Shown piece after piece: positions 1-13,258 of a stretch of 64,000 nucleotides of DNA. Below the pieces are notes generated by a model, which worked only from the letters and a program-made list of their open reading frames with translations, was not told where the DNA came from and did no database searches. Position 1 is the first letter of the stretch. The number at the start of each line of letters is the position of its first letter. The DNA is from Eledone cirrhosa (taxonomy: Eukaryota), in assembly GCA_964016885.1 (NCBI GenBank), contig OZ024744.1:34968001-35032000 (forward strand), in the 5' to 3' direction. Both the position numbers and the translations under genes were made by a program.

Positions 1-24
1 ATGCACTATCTAACAACACCAACA

Positions 25-521
25 TTATATATATATATAAGTATGTATACGTACATACATATATGTATACAGACGTACAGTAGTATGTATATATATACAT
101 ACATGCACACATATATATATATATGTACGTATGGATTTACCGAACATGTATTATAATGCTCGGTGTGTTTGTAAACAAACATCCCGAATTAAGCCGTTCA
201 GTGCTTAGCAACCATCGTTGCCCTTTTGTTCAACATTGACAAAGGAACGATGTACTAGTTTCAAGCTTATTAGCTATCGTCAGCACCATATACCTTCCTG
301 CCAGATGATTGAACGTCTGAAAGTATATACTTTCCTTATGCATATTAACGGCTGAGCAGCCTAATTTGCATATCGAGTGACTTAATCGGCCGGGCGCACC
401 GAAAACGATAAATGGAAAAAAATGAAACGAAATTTCATTTCTCACTCTTAGTACGGCTGTTACTTAAATATAAGTATGTATACGTACATACATATATGTA
501 AACATACTTACAGTAGTATGG

Positions 522-525
<4 letters not shown>
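25..525 (-). mobile_element. Dispersed ~1.1-monomer copy of the HHR-containing ~420-bp repeat (non-LTR retrozyme-like)
   Basis: Reverse complement aligns by eye with the monomer of the 53537-56462 array; bounded by (TA)n tracts. Confidence 0.8.
242..296 (-). ncRNA. Type I hammerhead ribozyme (retrozyme copy)
   Basis: Minus strand reads AAGGUA-UAUGGUG-CUGACGA-u-AGCU-aaua-AGCU-u-GAAACUAGUA/CAUCGU-UCCUU. Core intact; stem I AUGGUG/CAUCGU pairs. Confidence 0.8.
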
Positions 526-572
<47 letters not shown>

Positions 573-577
<5 letters not shown>

Positions 578-660
578 ATAATAATAAATGTGAAGACTAA
601 AATCCAAAGAGGGCTTGATAAGGATAAATATATATCAAATATATAATAATCGTAGAGCAA
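573..660. repeat. ~85-bp dispersed repeat, second copy at 52780-52863
   Basis: tagtaataataataaat(g/t)tgaagactaaaatccaaagagggct...cgtaga is near-identical at both loci. Confidence 0.75.
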
Positions 661-663
661 ATA

Positions 664-797
664 TTTATAAAAATAACAGATTAAAGTTTAAGTAACGAAT
701 CGGTGCTTTCACCTTTTCTTTTTGGGGGTTTCAGAAGATCCCGTTAAGGGTGAAAGCAGCGATTCTTTGCTTTAAACTTTAATCTGTTATTTTAATA
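664..797. repeat. Fold-back inverted repeat (~50-bp arms) with degenerate HHR core in the spacer
   Basis: Arms 664-713 and 749-797. Spacer and arm read CAGAAGA-u-CCC-guuaa-GGG-u-GAAA (732-755), one mismatch from CUGAAGA; stems I and III are not convincing. Confidence 0.6.
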
Positions 798-798
798 A

Positions 799-923
<125 letters not shown>

Positions 924-1019
924 AATGAAATGATTCCGTCGGAAAGGTCCAGGAAAAAAGAGTGCTCTGTGTAGGTTACAGAGCTTATTAGTTATGTAAT
1001 AAACAACATAAGATAATTA

Positions 1020-1079
1020 TTTCATTTACCAGTGGTTTCTTGAAAGCAACTAAAATTGCTTTCATTCATCAGAATGAAA
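1020..1079 (-). ncRNA. Type I hammerhead ribozyme in the inverted pLTR
   Basis: Reverse complement of the 4097-4156 motif with one substitution in loop II. Confidence 0.8.
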
Positions 1080-1189
1080 AAATCCTGGTGTCTTTATTGA
1101 CAGTGGATTTGAAAAACAAAAATATAACAGATATGAAAGTGAAGCTGGAGGAAAAAATAGGAGGGGGGAAAGAGTAATAAATAAGAACA

Positions 1190-2276
1190 TACCGTGACGA
1201 CGGATTGGCAGTTTCTCATATCACCAACGGCCATAACATTGATAAATTCCGTAGATTTAATCAATACTTTTGCTAACCTTAACCTTAAAATTACTATAGA
1301 TACGAACCTTACCAATGCTAACTTTCTTGACATTAATCTTGATCTACTTACTGCCTCTTTTAAACCTTATCATAAACCTAACGAGAATCTAAGATATATA
1401 CACAAAGAGTCTTGCCATCCCCCTATAGTTTTTAAAAATCTTATTCTCAATATTAGTTGTAGGATTTCTACTTTATCTTCATCCCTAGACATTTTTAATA
1501 AAGCTGCCCCTTATTATAATAAAGCCCTCAATAACAGCGGCTTTACAGAACAGATTACATATTTACCTACCCCTCCCCCTAAAACTAATCACAATAATAG
1601 GAAAAGGAAAATTATTTGGTTTACACCCCCTTTCTCTCTAACTGTCAAAACCAATGTGGGAAGGAAATTCCTTGACCTAGATAAGCATTTTCCCCCTAAT
1701 CATAGATATTATAAGATATTTAATAGAAATGTAGTTAAAATTAGTTACTCTTGCTGCCCATCCATGAAGTCTAAAATCACCAACTCTAATCGTACGAGAA
1801 TAAATCCAGGATGCAGTTGCAGAAAGCTGGATGAATGCCCATTACAGGGCAAATGTAACACCAAATCCGTTGTATATGAGGCCAAAGTAACACCTTTGAT
1901 TAACAACCAGCCAGCCAGGACTGAACGATATGTTGGTATGACTCAAGACAGGTTCAAAACCAGGTTTTATGCACATGTCGATCTTATAAACACTCTGATA
2001 AAAGAACAGCAACGGCTCTCGCTAATAAGGTGTGGGAATTCAAAGATAAAAACATCCCGTACTCGATTGGTCTATTTTAGACCATTCGAGGGAAAACCAA
2101 AGGGCACAAAGAATTGTTCTTTGTGTACCACTGAAAAATTTAGAATTCTACATAATTTGAAAGCCACTTCAACTTGCCTTAACTCTAAGACCGAGATCTT
2201 CAGATGTTGTCCTCACCTGAAATCACATCTGCTCTGTAACTGGATTGACATTCCTACGATGACTCAACCACCTTGA
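1190..2276 (+). pseudogene. Penelope-like RT (C-terminal part) + GIY-YIG endonuclease, frameshifted
   Basis: TAC CGT GAC GAC GGA TTG (YRDDGL) at 1190 lies in another frame. Main ORF has FLDINLDL..FKPYHKP..YIHKESCHPP (PLE thumb), CSC..CPLQGKC linker, and VVYEAKV..RYVGMT..FKTRFYAH (GIY-YIG). Confidence 0.85.
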
Positions 2277-2754
2277 ACTTCTTCTTTGCTACGATGACTT
2301 AACCACCTTGAACTTCTTCTTTGCTCTTCACGCCTTACATCTACTACGACTTTTATTACTCTATGAACTCATTTCTGTACCCTTATTTTCTCTTTCTCCC
2401 TTATCTCCTCTTATTTTTTAACTTTTTCTTATGATATTTATTTTCCTTATTCCCACCTACTCTCTACCTTACCCTTTACATACCCACTCTCTTTTGATTT
2501 TTAGATATTAATTTTACGTGTATGTATGTTGTCGTGTATATGTGTATATAAGTGTATGTATATATATATATATATATGTGTGTGTATATGTATGTATAAA
2601 TTTATATATATATGTGTATGTGTATGTATGTGTATATATATATATATATGTGTGTTTATATGTGTGTGTGTATTTTTATTTATGTGGTGTAGTAACCCTT
2701 TGTACTTATGTGTGTGTGTATATTAGTGTGTGTGTATATATATACATATATATG

Positions 2755-2841
<87 letters not shown>

Positions 2842-2944
2842 TTGTTATGTGTGTGTGTGTATGTATGGTTTTGTATGTATATGCATAATTACATACAGAG
2901 TTTTTTAATACTTACTTTTATTGATTATTTGCTCCAGGAACTGT

Positions 2945-3081
2945 TGAGTGTAGTGATTGTACCAGACTTTTCAAGTCGCTGGTTGGACTAAAAAGTCACA
3001 CTTGTTCAGCGCATCGGTAAGGGTTCTCCTACATGGATATAAAGTAGTGGCCGTACTCGAAAACGAGTTGGCAGCCACCAT
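2945..3081 (+). repeat. ~140-bp dispersed repeat with terminal hairpin; second copy 26510-26645 (-)
   Basis: Both copies encode ...VV(I/F)VP(D/E)FSSRWLD* and end with a gtggc..actc-gaaaa(c/t)-gagt..gccacca hairpin, followed by microsatellite. Confidence 0.7.
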
Positions 3082-3751
3082 GTGTATATATATGTATATC
3101 TGTGCGTGTATATATATATGTGTGTGTATGTGCGTGCGTGTGTACGTAGTTATGCGTATGTGTGTATGTAACTTTATAGTTTTTATATTTATGTTTTTAT
3201 CTTTAAGAAATGTTTATACTATATGTGTGTATGTGGTTGTATGCATTTATGTGTGCGTGTATATGTATTTGTATGTATATACTCTTTTGTGTCTGTGCTG
3301 TGTTTATATGTATGGGGTGTGCTTCTATATTTATATGTATGCTTATGTGTGTATGTATATATATTGTGTGTGTGTATCTACACATATATATGTGTATGGG
3401 TGTGTATATATATATTTTTTTTTTATATATATATATTTAGTTTTTTTTGTGCATTTGCTTACCACGTGCGTTTGGTCATTTATTATTATTATTATTATAC
3501 TTATTTTTATTTTTATTTTAAATTTTACCGTCTTTATCGCTATCAACTTAATAATATTTTTTATTTTATTTTCTTAATCCTTATTTTTTATTTGCTTATT
3601 TGTATGAGACGGCCTATTATGATTATTTATTCTTATTTGTGTGTGTGCATATGTATCCTTTTATATGTGAGTACGTATGCATGTGTGTATATATGTGTGT
3701 ATGTATGTGTGTATGTATGTATATGTATGTATATGTATGTATATATATGTG

Positions 3752-3783
<32 letters not shown>

Positions 3784-4096
3784 CATGTATATATATATAT
3801 GTGTTGGTGTTTTTATGTATGGATATATATATATATATACATGTATGTGTGTGTATATGTGTCTCCGTGTATATATGTGTATCTGTGCGTGTATATGTGT
3901 ATATATATATGTAAATATGTGTGTATATGTGTGTATATGTGAGTGTGTGTGCGCGTGTGTGTGTATACGTGTGTGTTGTTATATATTCTTATTTATTATT
4001 CTTCCTCCCCCCCCCCTTTTTTTCCCTCCAGCCTCACTTTCATATCTGTTATATTTTTGTTTTTCAAATCCACTGTCAATAAAGACACCAGGATTT

Positions 4097-4156
4097 TTTC
4101 ATTCTGATGAATGAAAGCAATTTTGGTTGCTTTCAAGAAACCACTGGTAAATGAAA
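4097..4156 (+). ncRNA. Type I hammerhead ribozyme in the 3' pLTR
   Basis: UUUCAUU-CUGAUGA-a-UGAAAGCAA-uuuugg-UUGCUUUCA-a-GAA-ACC-acu-GGU-A/AAUGAAA: 7-bp stem I, 9-bp stem II, GUA cleavage triplet. Confidence 0.85.
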
Positions 4157-4217
4157 TAATTATCTTATGTTGTTTATTACATAACTATATATATATATAA
4201 TATAATATATATATATA

Positions 4218-4272
<55 letters not shown>

Positions 4273-4303
4273 TATATATATATATATAATATATATATAT
4301 ATA

Positions 4304-4380
<77 letters not shown>

Positions 4381-4615
4381 ATACTCTCATACATGCATAT
4401 ATATATATGTGTGTGTATATGTATGTATATATATGTATACACACATACATATATATAGCCATAGATGCATACATACATACACACATATATGCATACAATC
4501 ATATATATATATACATACAAACATGCATACATACATACATACATACATACATACATACATACATACATACATACATACATACATACATACATACATACAT
4601 ACATACATACATACA

Positions 4616-4648
<33 letters not shown>

Positions 4649-5196
4649 CAGTGAATTTCTCATTTGTGTGTATGTACCCTTAATATAGGTATATATTTGT
4701 ACAAAAATTAATAAATTTGAAACTGAAAACAAAATTTTTCTAATTTTATTTTTACATACTATGTTTTACATTCCACCTTGTAAAATGATTCAACAATTCA
4801 AAATATTATTGTTTGTTTGGGTTTTTTTTATTTTGGGTTTTGATTAGATATATTTTATTTATCTATCTATTTATTTATTTATTCATTTATTTATTTTCTG
4901 GTGTTGAAGAGTTGGGATTCCAATGACAAAAGTTTAAAACGCAAAAGCAAAAAAGAAAGAAAAAGAACGAATTCTGACCCCCATTCATTGATCTATAGGG
5001 TACTATTGAAGAACTTTGGGAAGAAATATTTCCCCAAAATACAACGGATGGAACCTTTAAACATGATATTGATTATCTATCTCAATACCAGCCAAATAAA
5101 AATTACCTATCGTAGCTACAACTAATATATATATATATGTGTATATATATGTGTGTGTGTGTGTGTGTGTCTGTGTGCATGTGTATGTGTGTATAC

Positions 5197-5247
<51 letters not shown>

Positions 5248-5852
5248 TATATATGTAATATATGCATAATATACATGTAATATATGCATATATATAGACA
5301 TATATATACACGGACACACATATATGCATAGAACTACTATGCATACATATGCACTCACATACATATATGCAATTCCACACACACACACAGAGTCCTATAA
5401 ATGTATTTTAAAAGAAAATTATTTGGCCTTGCCGACATCCTGAAGATAATCATTATCACAAGAGACACATTCTTTTCTCCATTAATAATAACAACAACAA
5501 CAATAATAGTAGTAGTAGTAGTAAAAGTAGTAATAATAATAATAATAATAATAATACTTCATGAATGTTTTCACTCAGCTGCTGCACTCAGTGTACTGTC
5601 GTCTCTTGTCAACTGTCAATTGTTGTGTCACACATGGCGATACCAGGGGAAGTGTGGCCAATAGCAACCTTCTTTTACAGCTACGACCAACCAATCAACC
5701 AACCAATCAACACCAAAAGAAGGATTCTTCCCTTGTTTGAAAATAAGAAAGAAAAAATAAACCTCATGCTTGGTAAATATTTCTTAACTCTTATTCTTTT
5801 ATTGATTTCAGTGATTAGACTGCAGCCTGGAGAGGGATCGACTCCGGCAGGT

Positions 5853-6068
5853 TTAACCCTTTAGCATTTAAACTGGCCATATCTAGACAGAATTCTCTCA
5901 CCTCTTTCTGTTATAACCAGCTGCTCATACTGATGTTAAGGTATTGTTCTCAAAATAAATAATATCAAAATCTCATAGATTCAATATTATGTGAGATAAC
6001 TGTGTGAAATAAAGTATTTACCGTGAAAATATAATAAATATAGAGTAATGTAAATGCTAAAGGGTTAA
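5853..6068. mobile_element. TTAA-flanked (piggyBac-type) MITE family A
   Basis: TTAA-CCCTTTAGCATTTA ... TAAATGCTAAAGGG-TTAA terminal inverted repeats. Confidence 0.8.
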
Positions 6069-6278
6069 AAATTGCCCTAGAAATGGTGTATGTCAATGCA
6101 GCCGCTATGCAACTCCCTCAGGAGTTACAGGGGCCACACAGCAGTTACTGTGGCCATGTTGGTACACTGTCTTGAAGGGATTTTTTGTGAATCATATTTA
6201 CCCCTAGTACTCTTTTTTAAAAGTCTGATACTTATGTTTGAGATCCTTAATTTACTGAGCCACTACTTTATAGGACAT

Positions 6279-6362
<84 letters not shown>

Positions 6363-6592
6363 ACACACACACACATATATGTGACAGTTTTCTGCAGTTT
6401 CTGTCTAACAAATTCAACTCGCAAGGCATTGGTCAACCCACAGCTATAGTAGAAGAGACTTTCCTAAGGTGTCACACAGTTGAACTGAACCTTGTTACAA
6501 AGCAAACTCCTTCACTACACAGCTATGCCAGCACTTAGGAATTAAATTAATTTACTTTTTCAAGATTAATCAAGAATTGAATAATGAGTATA

Positions 6593-6796
6593 ATACAAGG
6601 CTGGGCTGAAACATTCATAGGCTGGCTATTAAAGGGTGTTGCTAGAGCTGTGAAATCTTGCATTCATTAATTTCAGCTTTTCTTATCAATGACTGCATTT
6701 TTTTCTTTCCAGAGACTATGTCGAAAAATAAACCTCATTTGGTCATTCCATGAGAGTATCTAGGTCAGCCTATGATCTTTTCAGCCTACCATCATA
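6593..6796. mobile_element. Mariner-derived MITE
   Basis: Imperfect TIRs (ggctgaaa..tcataggctg). Reverse complement of 6710-6795 matches the end of the mariner remnant at 57810. Confidence 0.65.
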
Positions 6797-8678
6797 ACTA
6801 ACACATAGAAGAAAATAGAGATTTAGTACTAAATAAGAATTTATTCTAGATCTGCTAGTTCACTTCTTTAGTGTATCAGCCATTCATACATGTCTTTCCA
6901 CAGTTAATGTCTTTAATGTCACATTTATGAGTCAATTACTTTTGACATGTGGAATATTGCCATGTGCTCAAATATGTCAACCATCCTATTCTATAGAGTG
7001 TGACAATGGCCTGGATGCAATTTTGGATGTCTTAGATTCTTTTGGAGGACTTTTAAGGCATGGACTGTGAATAATTTCTAAAAATCATTGGTCTGGCAGT
7101 GTTTTCGGCAAACTTTACCTTTTCAGGATAATTCCTATTGACATGGTCATGCTGGTGCTCCCAGCATCTAAACCTGTCTGAGATTTAATATCTGTGCATT
7201 GTTAATATGTAGATTTATGTTAAACAGCTATTCTCATATACGGGGAAGATTTAGTTATCAGCTAATTCTATCATGAAGATTGGACTACCTCCTTCATTTA
7301 GCCTGGAAGAGCAGAAAATCTTCCTCTTTCTAGGAGCTATGACAAAGTTAGTTGTTTGAGGATAAAGATTTTTGTCTAAGGCCAAGCCCATATCAACTAG
7401 GTAAATTTAGCAACTTAGATTTTGTTGACCATTAAATTTTATAAAATTGGCATAACTACATTAACTATATATCTATTGGTTAGTAGCAAAAACTGTGAGA
7501 AGACACTTGTCTTTAGTTTGTCATAGTAATCTTAGGTTGTGAGAGGGAGGCACTGAAATACACTATGTAATTGTTTCCTCCAAGTTTTCAAGTGCTTTTC
7601 TTGTTATTTTGATATTCTATATTGGTATTTCTATACTGAGTGAGAGTAGCAATATTGACATGGATGAAAGAACCTACTCTGACTATGCTTTTCTAATACA
7701 GGAGGAAAGAAACCTTTGTTGTGTAGTTGTGTGAAACTTTTCCTGAAATTACTAGCTGGTTGTTTTCTCCTAATGTGGAACTCTTTCTTGTTGATTTTCA
7801 TGATGATTTCTGTATCTTTATTTACTACTATTTATTATACTAGAATTTATTTCAACACACTGATGCATATGTGTATATATGTGTGTATGTGCATATGCAT
7901 ACATTTATATGTATGAGTACATGAATATAAACATGCAAACACAGACACACAAAAATACACACTCACAGGCATATATTCACACAAATACACACACATACAT
8001 TTGCACAAACACACACATACACATACATTCACACACAGCATAGCAAATGGAACGCCAGTCGCTGTTTTTCTATAGTTTTTTCACCATCCCCTTCCTTCCT
8101 TCCTTTACTCATACATACATTTACACAAACACAGACACACATATTGTGTAACAGAAGTTGCTCAAATTTATAAATAGATTATTGTTAATGCTATATCGGC
8201 TGTTCCCTTTTGTTGATTTCCCAGTCATCCATTTCCCATTCGATTATTTGATATAAACCCCATTTTTTTTCTTCCTTGTATTGTCCTCAGTGTTGTTTGC
8301 TTTTGCAATCAATAAAAGAAATCATTTATTTTATTTTTTTTAGAATTGCTGTGACCCGTTACAAGAAATGTGAAGAATCAATGGAAGCAAGAACTAATTT
8401 CATTAAACTGTGCCAAGTAAAGAAAACAAGCCAACAAAAAAAAAGAAAAATCCAGAAGTTCACCAGTACCCTAATGCTAATGCCATGTCCTTCAAAATAA
8501 ATATCATACCCGAAAGAGTTAGCCCAGTCTGTTGAAAGGTGGTGCTAAAGCCGATTCTATCTTATTTTTTAATCCAAAAGCCTTTGCAATGGACTTCTGT
8601 ATATAATAAGTTTTATATATAAAATGACATTTCTCAATACGTGATAACATGGAATCCTGGGATAATAATGATAATAAA

Positions 8679-8740
<62 letters not shown>

Positions 8741-8813
8741 TAATAATAATAATAATATCAGTTAATATTCAAATTTCAAATCATTATACAAATATGTATA
8801 TATACATATACAT

Positions 8814-9351
8814 ATCATTTTTTAATTTATTTAAAGGATTGTTTAATGTTTGTTTGTTCTGCTCATCTCAATTTTTATAGTTCTGGTATCTCAAATTAGT
8901 ACCATTGAACAACAATTATATTATAGACACCCTATATATCTCTATGTGTACTTAGTACCCAGAGAGATATTTACCTTATTTTATACATTCTCCAATCTAT
9001 GTAGAGAAAAAATTTGTTGTTGCTTACTGCTATTTTTTTAGCAGCAAAGCCATCAACGCATCTGTAATATTCCTGCTTTCAGCCAGTTCACGTGTGGGTC
9101 ACTTTAACGGCCATAACACATACGAGCTGGTAGTTGGCATTATATTTGCAGGCTGTGGGACTTTGTCCTGTAGGATGGAAATAGCTATCTGATGAACTTT
9201 ACTTTTCCATTAGAAATTCTCTGAATTTCTAATCTTTTGTAAAGTGAAACCGCCGGTAATAACATTATGAACAGGTAGATATTTAAATCATTTTTTAAAT
9301 TTATTTAAAGGATTGTTTAATGTTTGTTTGTTGTGCTCATCTCAATTTTTA
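8814..9351 (+). mobile_element. ~473-bp terminally redundant non-coding element carrying an HHR (pLTR/retrozyme-like)
   Basis: ~65-bp direct repeat at 8814-8879 and 9287-9351; HHR at 9184-9263; followed by (TA)n. Confidence 0.65.
9184..9263 (+). ncRNA. Type I hammerhead ribozyme with extended stem II
   Basis: GCUAU-CUGAUGA-ACUUUAC...[AUUAGAAAUUC/GAAUUUCUAAU hairpin]...GUAAAGU-GAA-ACC-gcc-GGU-A/AUAAC; stem I is short with one mismatch. Confidence 0.75.
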
Positions 9352-9462
9352 TATATATATATATATATATTATATATAAAAATTATATATATATAAACAT
9401 ATATATATATATATATAGCGTGGAAGATGGACATTAAACGAAGATGATGATATACATATATG

Positions 9463-9502
<40 letters not shown>

Positions 9503-9622
9503 TATATATATATGTATGTATATATTAATAGTAGGAGATTCAGAGGAGCAATGACCAAATTCTCAGTTTTTAATTCCTCATCTCCCCAATAGTTACAGAT
9601 TTATTTAACACTGTTATATTCT

Positions 9623-9851
9623 TTAACCCTTTAGCATTTTCATTACTCTATATTTACTAATGTATTTTCACAGTAAGGGCTTTATCTCACATAATTATCT
9701 CACATAATATTGAATTTATGAAATTTTGATATTATTTATTTTGAGACCAATACCTTAACATCAGTATGAGTGGCCAGTTACAGCCAGTTTGAACAAAAAG
9801 AGCTGAGAGAATTCTAGCCAGATACAACCGATTTAAATGCTAAAGGGTTAA
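9623..9851. mobile_element. TTAA-flanked MITE family A
   Basis: Same TIRs and body as 5853-6068, opposite orientation. Confidence 0.8.
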
Positions 9852-11536
9852 AGAAAAGACATGAATGATGGTGCAAACCAACATCTCTTTTCACTGGTCA
9901 ATTAAAAACCTCAGGCATTGTGCCAATCCATTGGCAAGAATACCACAACTTCTGATTTCTACTCCATCGGCCAACACACCCACAACTATCCTATCCTATC
10001 CCTCCCTTATATATATATTATATATACAATTTCTATATGTTCGGAACAAAAAGTGCTACTTAAGGTTTCAAGGTCCAATTATGGCCATCTCTCCAGATTG
10101 TGAACATATAAAGCCTCAGACCAATGACAAAGGCAATGTTATTTAAGCTCATAAGCAGAATGAACTCTGCATGGTCACTCAGCCTTCTAAAAATAGTAGT
10201 CAAATCTCCTTCAAATCAGGTTCTACCATTTTAAATAAAGAAGGAAGTGCACATTTGACAAGAAGGTTCCTGATATACAAAAATGTGGCAAGGAGTGGGA
10301 AGGAGGCAGGATAATCATGGCTAGAACACCTTTGACCATATGTTTATTTGATTGGTGCTGATCTGGATCAAAACATCAACAACCATGTTATTCATGCTCC
10401 TTACCACATTTAGAACCACTTCATTTCACATATGTTATTCGAGTAATGAGAGAGCCTCTTCTATGCAGTCAGATGACCAGCTGGATGGTCAGCCAGCCAA
10501 TCAATAAGATAGAGTCAGTTCAATCAGGGCTGATCAGGAGCTAAATAATAAAAAGAAAAAACTTAAATTACTCTAGAACGGATATATTTCCTCTTCCTCC
10601 TCCCAATTTATCTGATAATCTGTGGAATCAATAATGCCTGTTTTAAAAAATATTTTAAAAAATGAAAGAAATGAAAATAAAAATATGTAAAAAAAAAAAC
10701 TGACATTGTATTTATTCTTATGTATCATTGGCAAGATGTCAACAAAAATGATGAATCTACCACAATCCATTTTTGATTCATAATTGGAAACCCTCATCCA
10801 TTCACTCACTTCATTTCCATTGTCAATGCCTCACCTCTGTGAAAGGGCATGGATGTTACAACCTACGAAATTCATCTTCCTCTCCTAGATCTATGGCAGA
10901 GCCTTTGTACCTCTCTAAGAACTTTGTATATGCATTTAAATAATTTTAGTATGAATTGCAAGAAAAAAAATAGATTGATAAAAAAAAAGATTGGACAAGT
11001 AATTTTAATAAGTTCAGTACTAGTAACATACTGAACAAAATTTTCACTTTTAATCAATAATAATGCTTTCGCTATATATTTGTGGCCTTGTGCCAATGTA
11101 AGAAATCAATTTGATAAAACACTGTGGCTAGTGCCATTTAACAAGAAACAAATCCCTGCAGGTCTAAAAGATGTCTTTTAATTCTCAAAAAAGGCATGAA
11201 TATCATCAATCTTATTAATATAACTAATTATTATTATTTTTTTATTGTTTTTGTGGCGTTAAGCCTGAGACCGGTAACAGTAACCTTGTATACATGTATA
11301 TATATATATATACACTCACCCACATATATATATATATATATATTTATACACATACATATTTAGAGAAATGTATATGCATACAAAGTGCATTTAAACATTT
11401 TTGTTTTGTTTTTGTTGTTGTTTTGAAAGTTTGCAAGAATATATGAATTAAACAGCTAATTATTTACTATGCAGGAATAATCATTTGTGTTTCTGGAGAG
11501 CAGAGGTGGTCTGTATCAGCAGTAATCAATCCAGTG

Positions 11537-11580
<44 letters not shown>

Positions 11581-11689
11581 TATATGAGGGGAGTGTGTAT
11601 GAATATAAGCAAGGAATATTTTTTTCTTTCAAGCATGCTACATTGAAAACATGATTGATCAATCTGCTATATAAGTCGCACAAGCACTA

Positions 11690-11875
11690 CACCTTCCCTT
11701 TGGTTAACTATGCACTTAAAGAACATGTAAAAATAATTAGATATGACTACATTAGGTAATAACACTGTCGTTCTATATAGAATACAACACAAAGCAAGTC
11801 AAACAATTGTGGAAGCTCTACTTATATCGAAAAATCTATCAAAGGTTAACACACAGATAAAGGATAGGTAAAACC
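11690..11875 (+). pseudogene. Degenerate PLE GIY-YIG C-terminal fragment
   Basis: Translates as ...VVLYRIQHKASQTIVEALLISKNLSKVNTQ, resembling the E-x-LLI...LN-x-Q end of PLE GIY-YIG domains; short and frameshifted. Confidence 0.35.
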
Positions 11876-12625
11876 TAATATAATAACTGCTATGTTTGAA
11901 CTGTTGAGAAATTTTTAATCAAACATCCACAACCCCCCTACCTCTCCTATGGAACTTTATGGATACTGCTAAACATGGAACCAATATACCACTGGTATGA
12001 CCATTTTGATTCTGAAGGCTTCAAAACATTACTTTACACATAGATTTAGGAATACTGCTGTGGCAAACGAAGCATAAAGAACTTGATAAATATGGTAAAA
12101 CTGGAGCACAGTTGTGTTTACAATATAACACACACATACATAAACACATACTTACACACACTTTCATAACACATCATACATAAGACAGACAGTCATATAT
12201 ATACATACGTATGTACACACATACATACACATACATATATATATATACATACATACAGACAGACAAACAGACACACTTACATACATGCATTCATACACAC
12301 ACATGCATACATACATACATATACATACATACACACATACACATGCATGCATACATACATACAGACACACATACATACACACATGCATACATACATACAT
12401 ATGAACATACATATATGTTGAGGGTGGTTGCTGTTAATAGATGGAAAATTATAGATTGTTTCCTTATCATGGCATAACAATTGCCTCATTCTTAATTATG
12501 CGAGTTTTTAATTATTTGTTAATTAAATATTTAAATAATTTGTCTAGAACAGGGATCAGCAACTATTTTTTGAAATGGTCCACTTTTATTTTTTTTCTAG
12601 TTTTGTCCATGGCCTGCATGTATGT

Positions 12626-13090
12626 TATATCATATCTTACAAATAAACATTTTTAAAGGTCTGAGGCCCCAATGGATTATATCATATCTTATAAATAAAC
12701 ATTTTTAAAGGTCTGAGACCCCAATGGATTATATCATATCTTACAAATAAAGATTTTTAAAGGTCTAAGGCCCCAATGGATTATATCATATCTTATAAAT
12801 AAACATTTTTAAAGGTCTGAGACCCCAATGGATTATATCATATCTTACAAATAAACATTTTTAAAGGTCTGAGACCCCAATGGATTATATCATATCTTAC
12901 AAATAAACATTTTTAAAGGTCTGAGACCCCAATGGATTATATCATATCTTATAAATAAACATTTTTAAAGGTCTGAGACCCCAATGGATTATATCATATC
13001 TTATAAATAAACATTTTTAAAGGTCTAAGGCCCCAATGGATTATATCATATCTTACAAATAAACATTTTTAAAGGTCTGAGGCACCAAGG
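12626..13090. repeat. 52-bp minisatellite, ~9 copies
   Basis: Unit ttatatcatatctta(c/t)aaataaacatttttaaaggtct(g/a)ag(a/g)ccccaatgga; ggattat recurs at 12674, 12726, 12778, 12830, 12882, 12934, 12986 and 13038. Confidence 0.95.
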
Positions 13091-13226
13091 GACTATCTCA
13101 ATGACCCACTGATGATTTTTTTTTATTTTTACCTAAGACCTACATGTATATATTATCATATCTTTACATATAAAAAAAATTGAAAGCATCTGAGGACCTC
13201 AGGGAACACCTCAATGACCCACATTT

Positions 13227-13258
<32 letters not shown>

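Larger units (their letters stand above)
989..4187 (+). mobile_element. 5'-truncated Penelope-like element (Neptune-type Cys linker) with inverted pseudo-LTR
   Basis: 989-1191 is the reverse complement of ~3982-4187. It encloses an RT C-terminus plus GIY-YIG ORF, and both terminal repeats carry an HHR. The 3' region 2500-3980 is microsatellite-expanded. Confidence 0.85.

Noticed and set aside
2518-5388. Many long ORFs rich in Y/I/C/V/M/H/T (also at 13779, 17469, 22820, 41919 and elsewhere)
   Set aside because: Translations of (TA)n, (TG)n, (CATA)n and (TAG)n microsatellites, not genes.
6840-7830. Unique-looking stretch that might be a decayed LINE on the minus strand
   Set aside because: Only a faint RT-like motif; no ORF supports a call.
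8344-8500. Possible coding exon (IAVTRYKKCEESMEARTNFIKLCQ...) after a T-rich AG
   Set aside because: Plausible acceptor, but no recognisable homology and no partner exons identified; needs RNA-seq.
12626-13090. CRISPR-like periodicity here and at 53537-56462
   Set aside because: No unique spacers, eukaryotic context, no cas genes.
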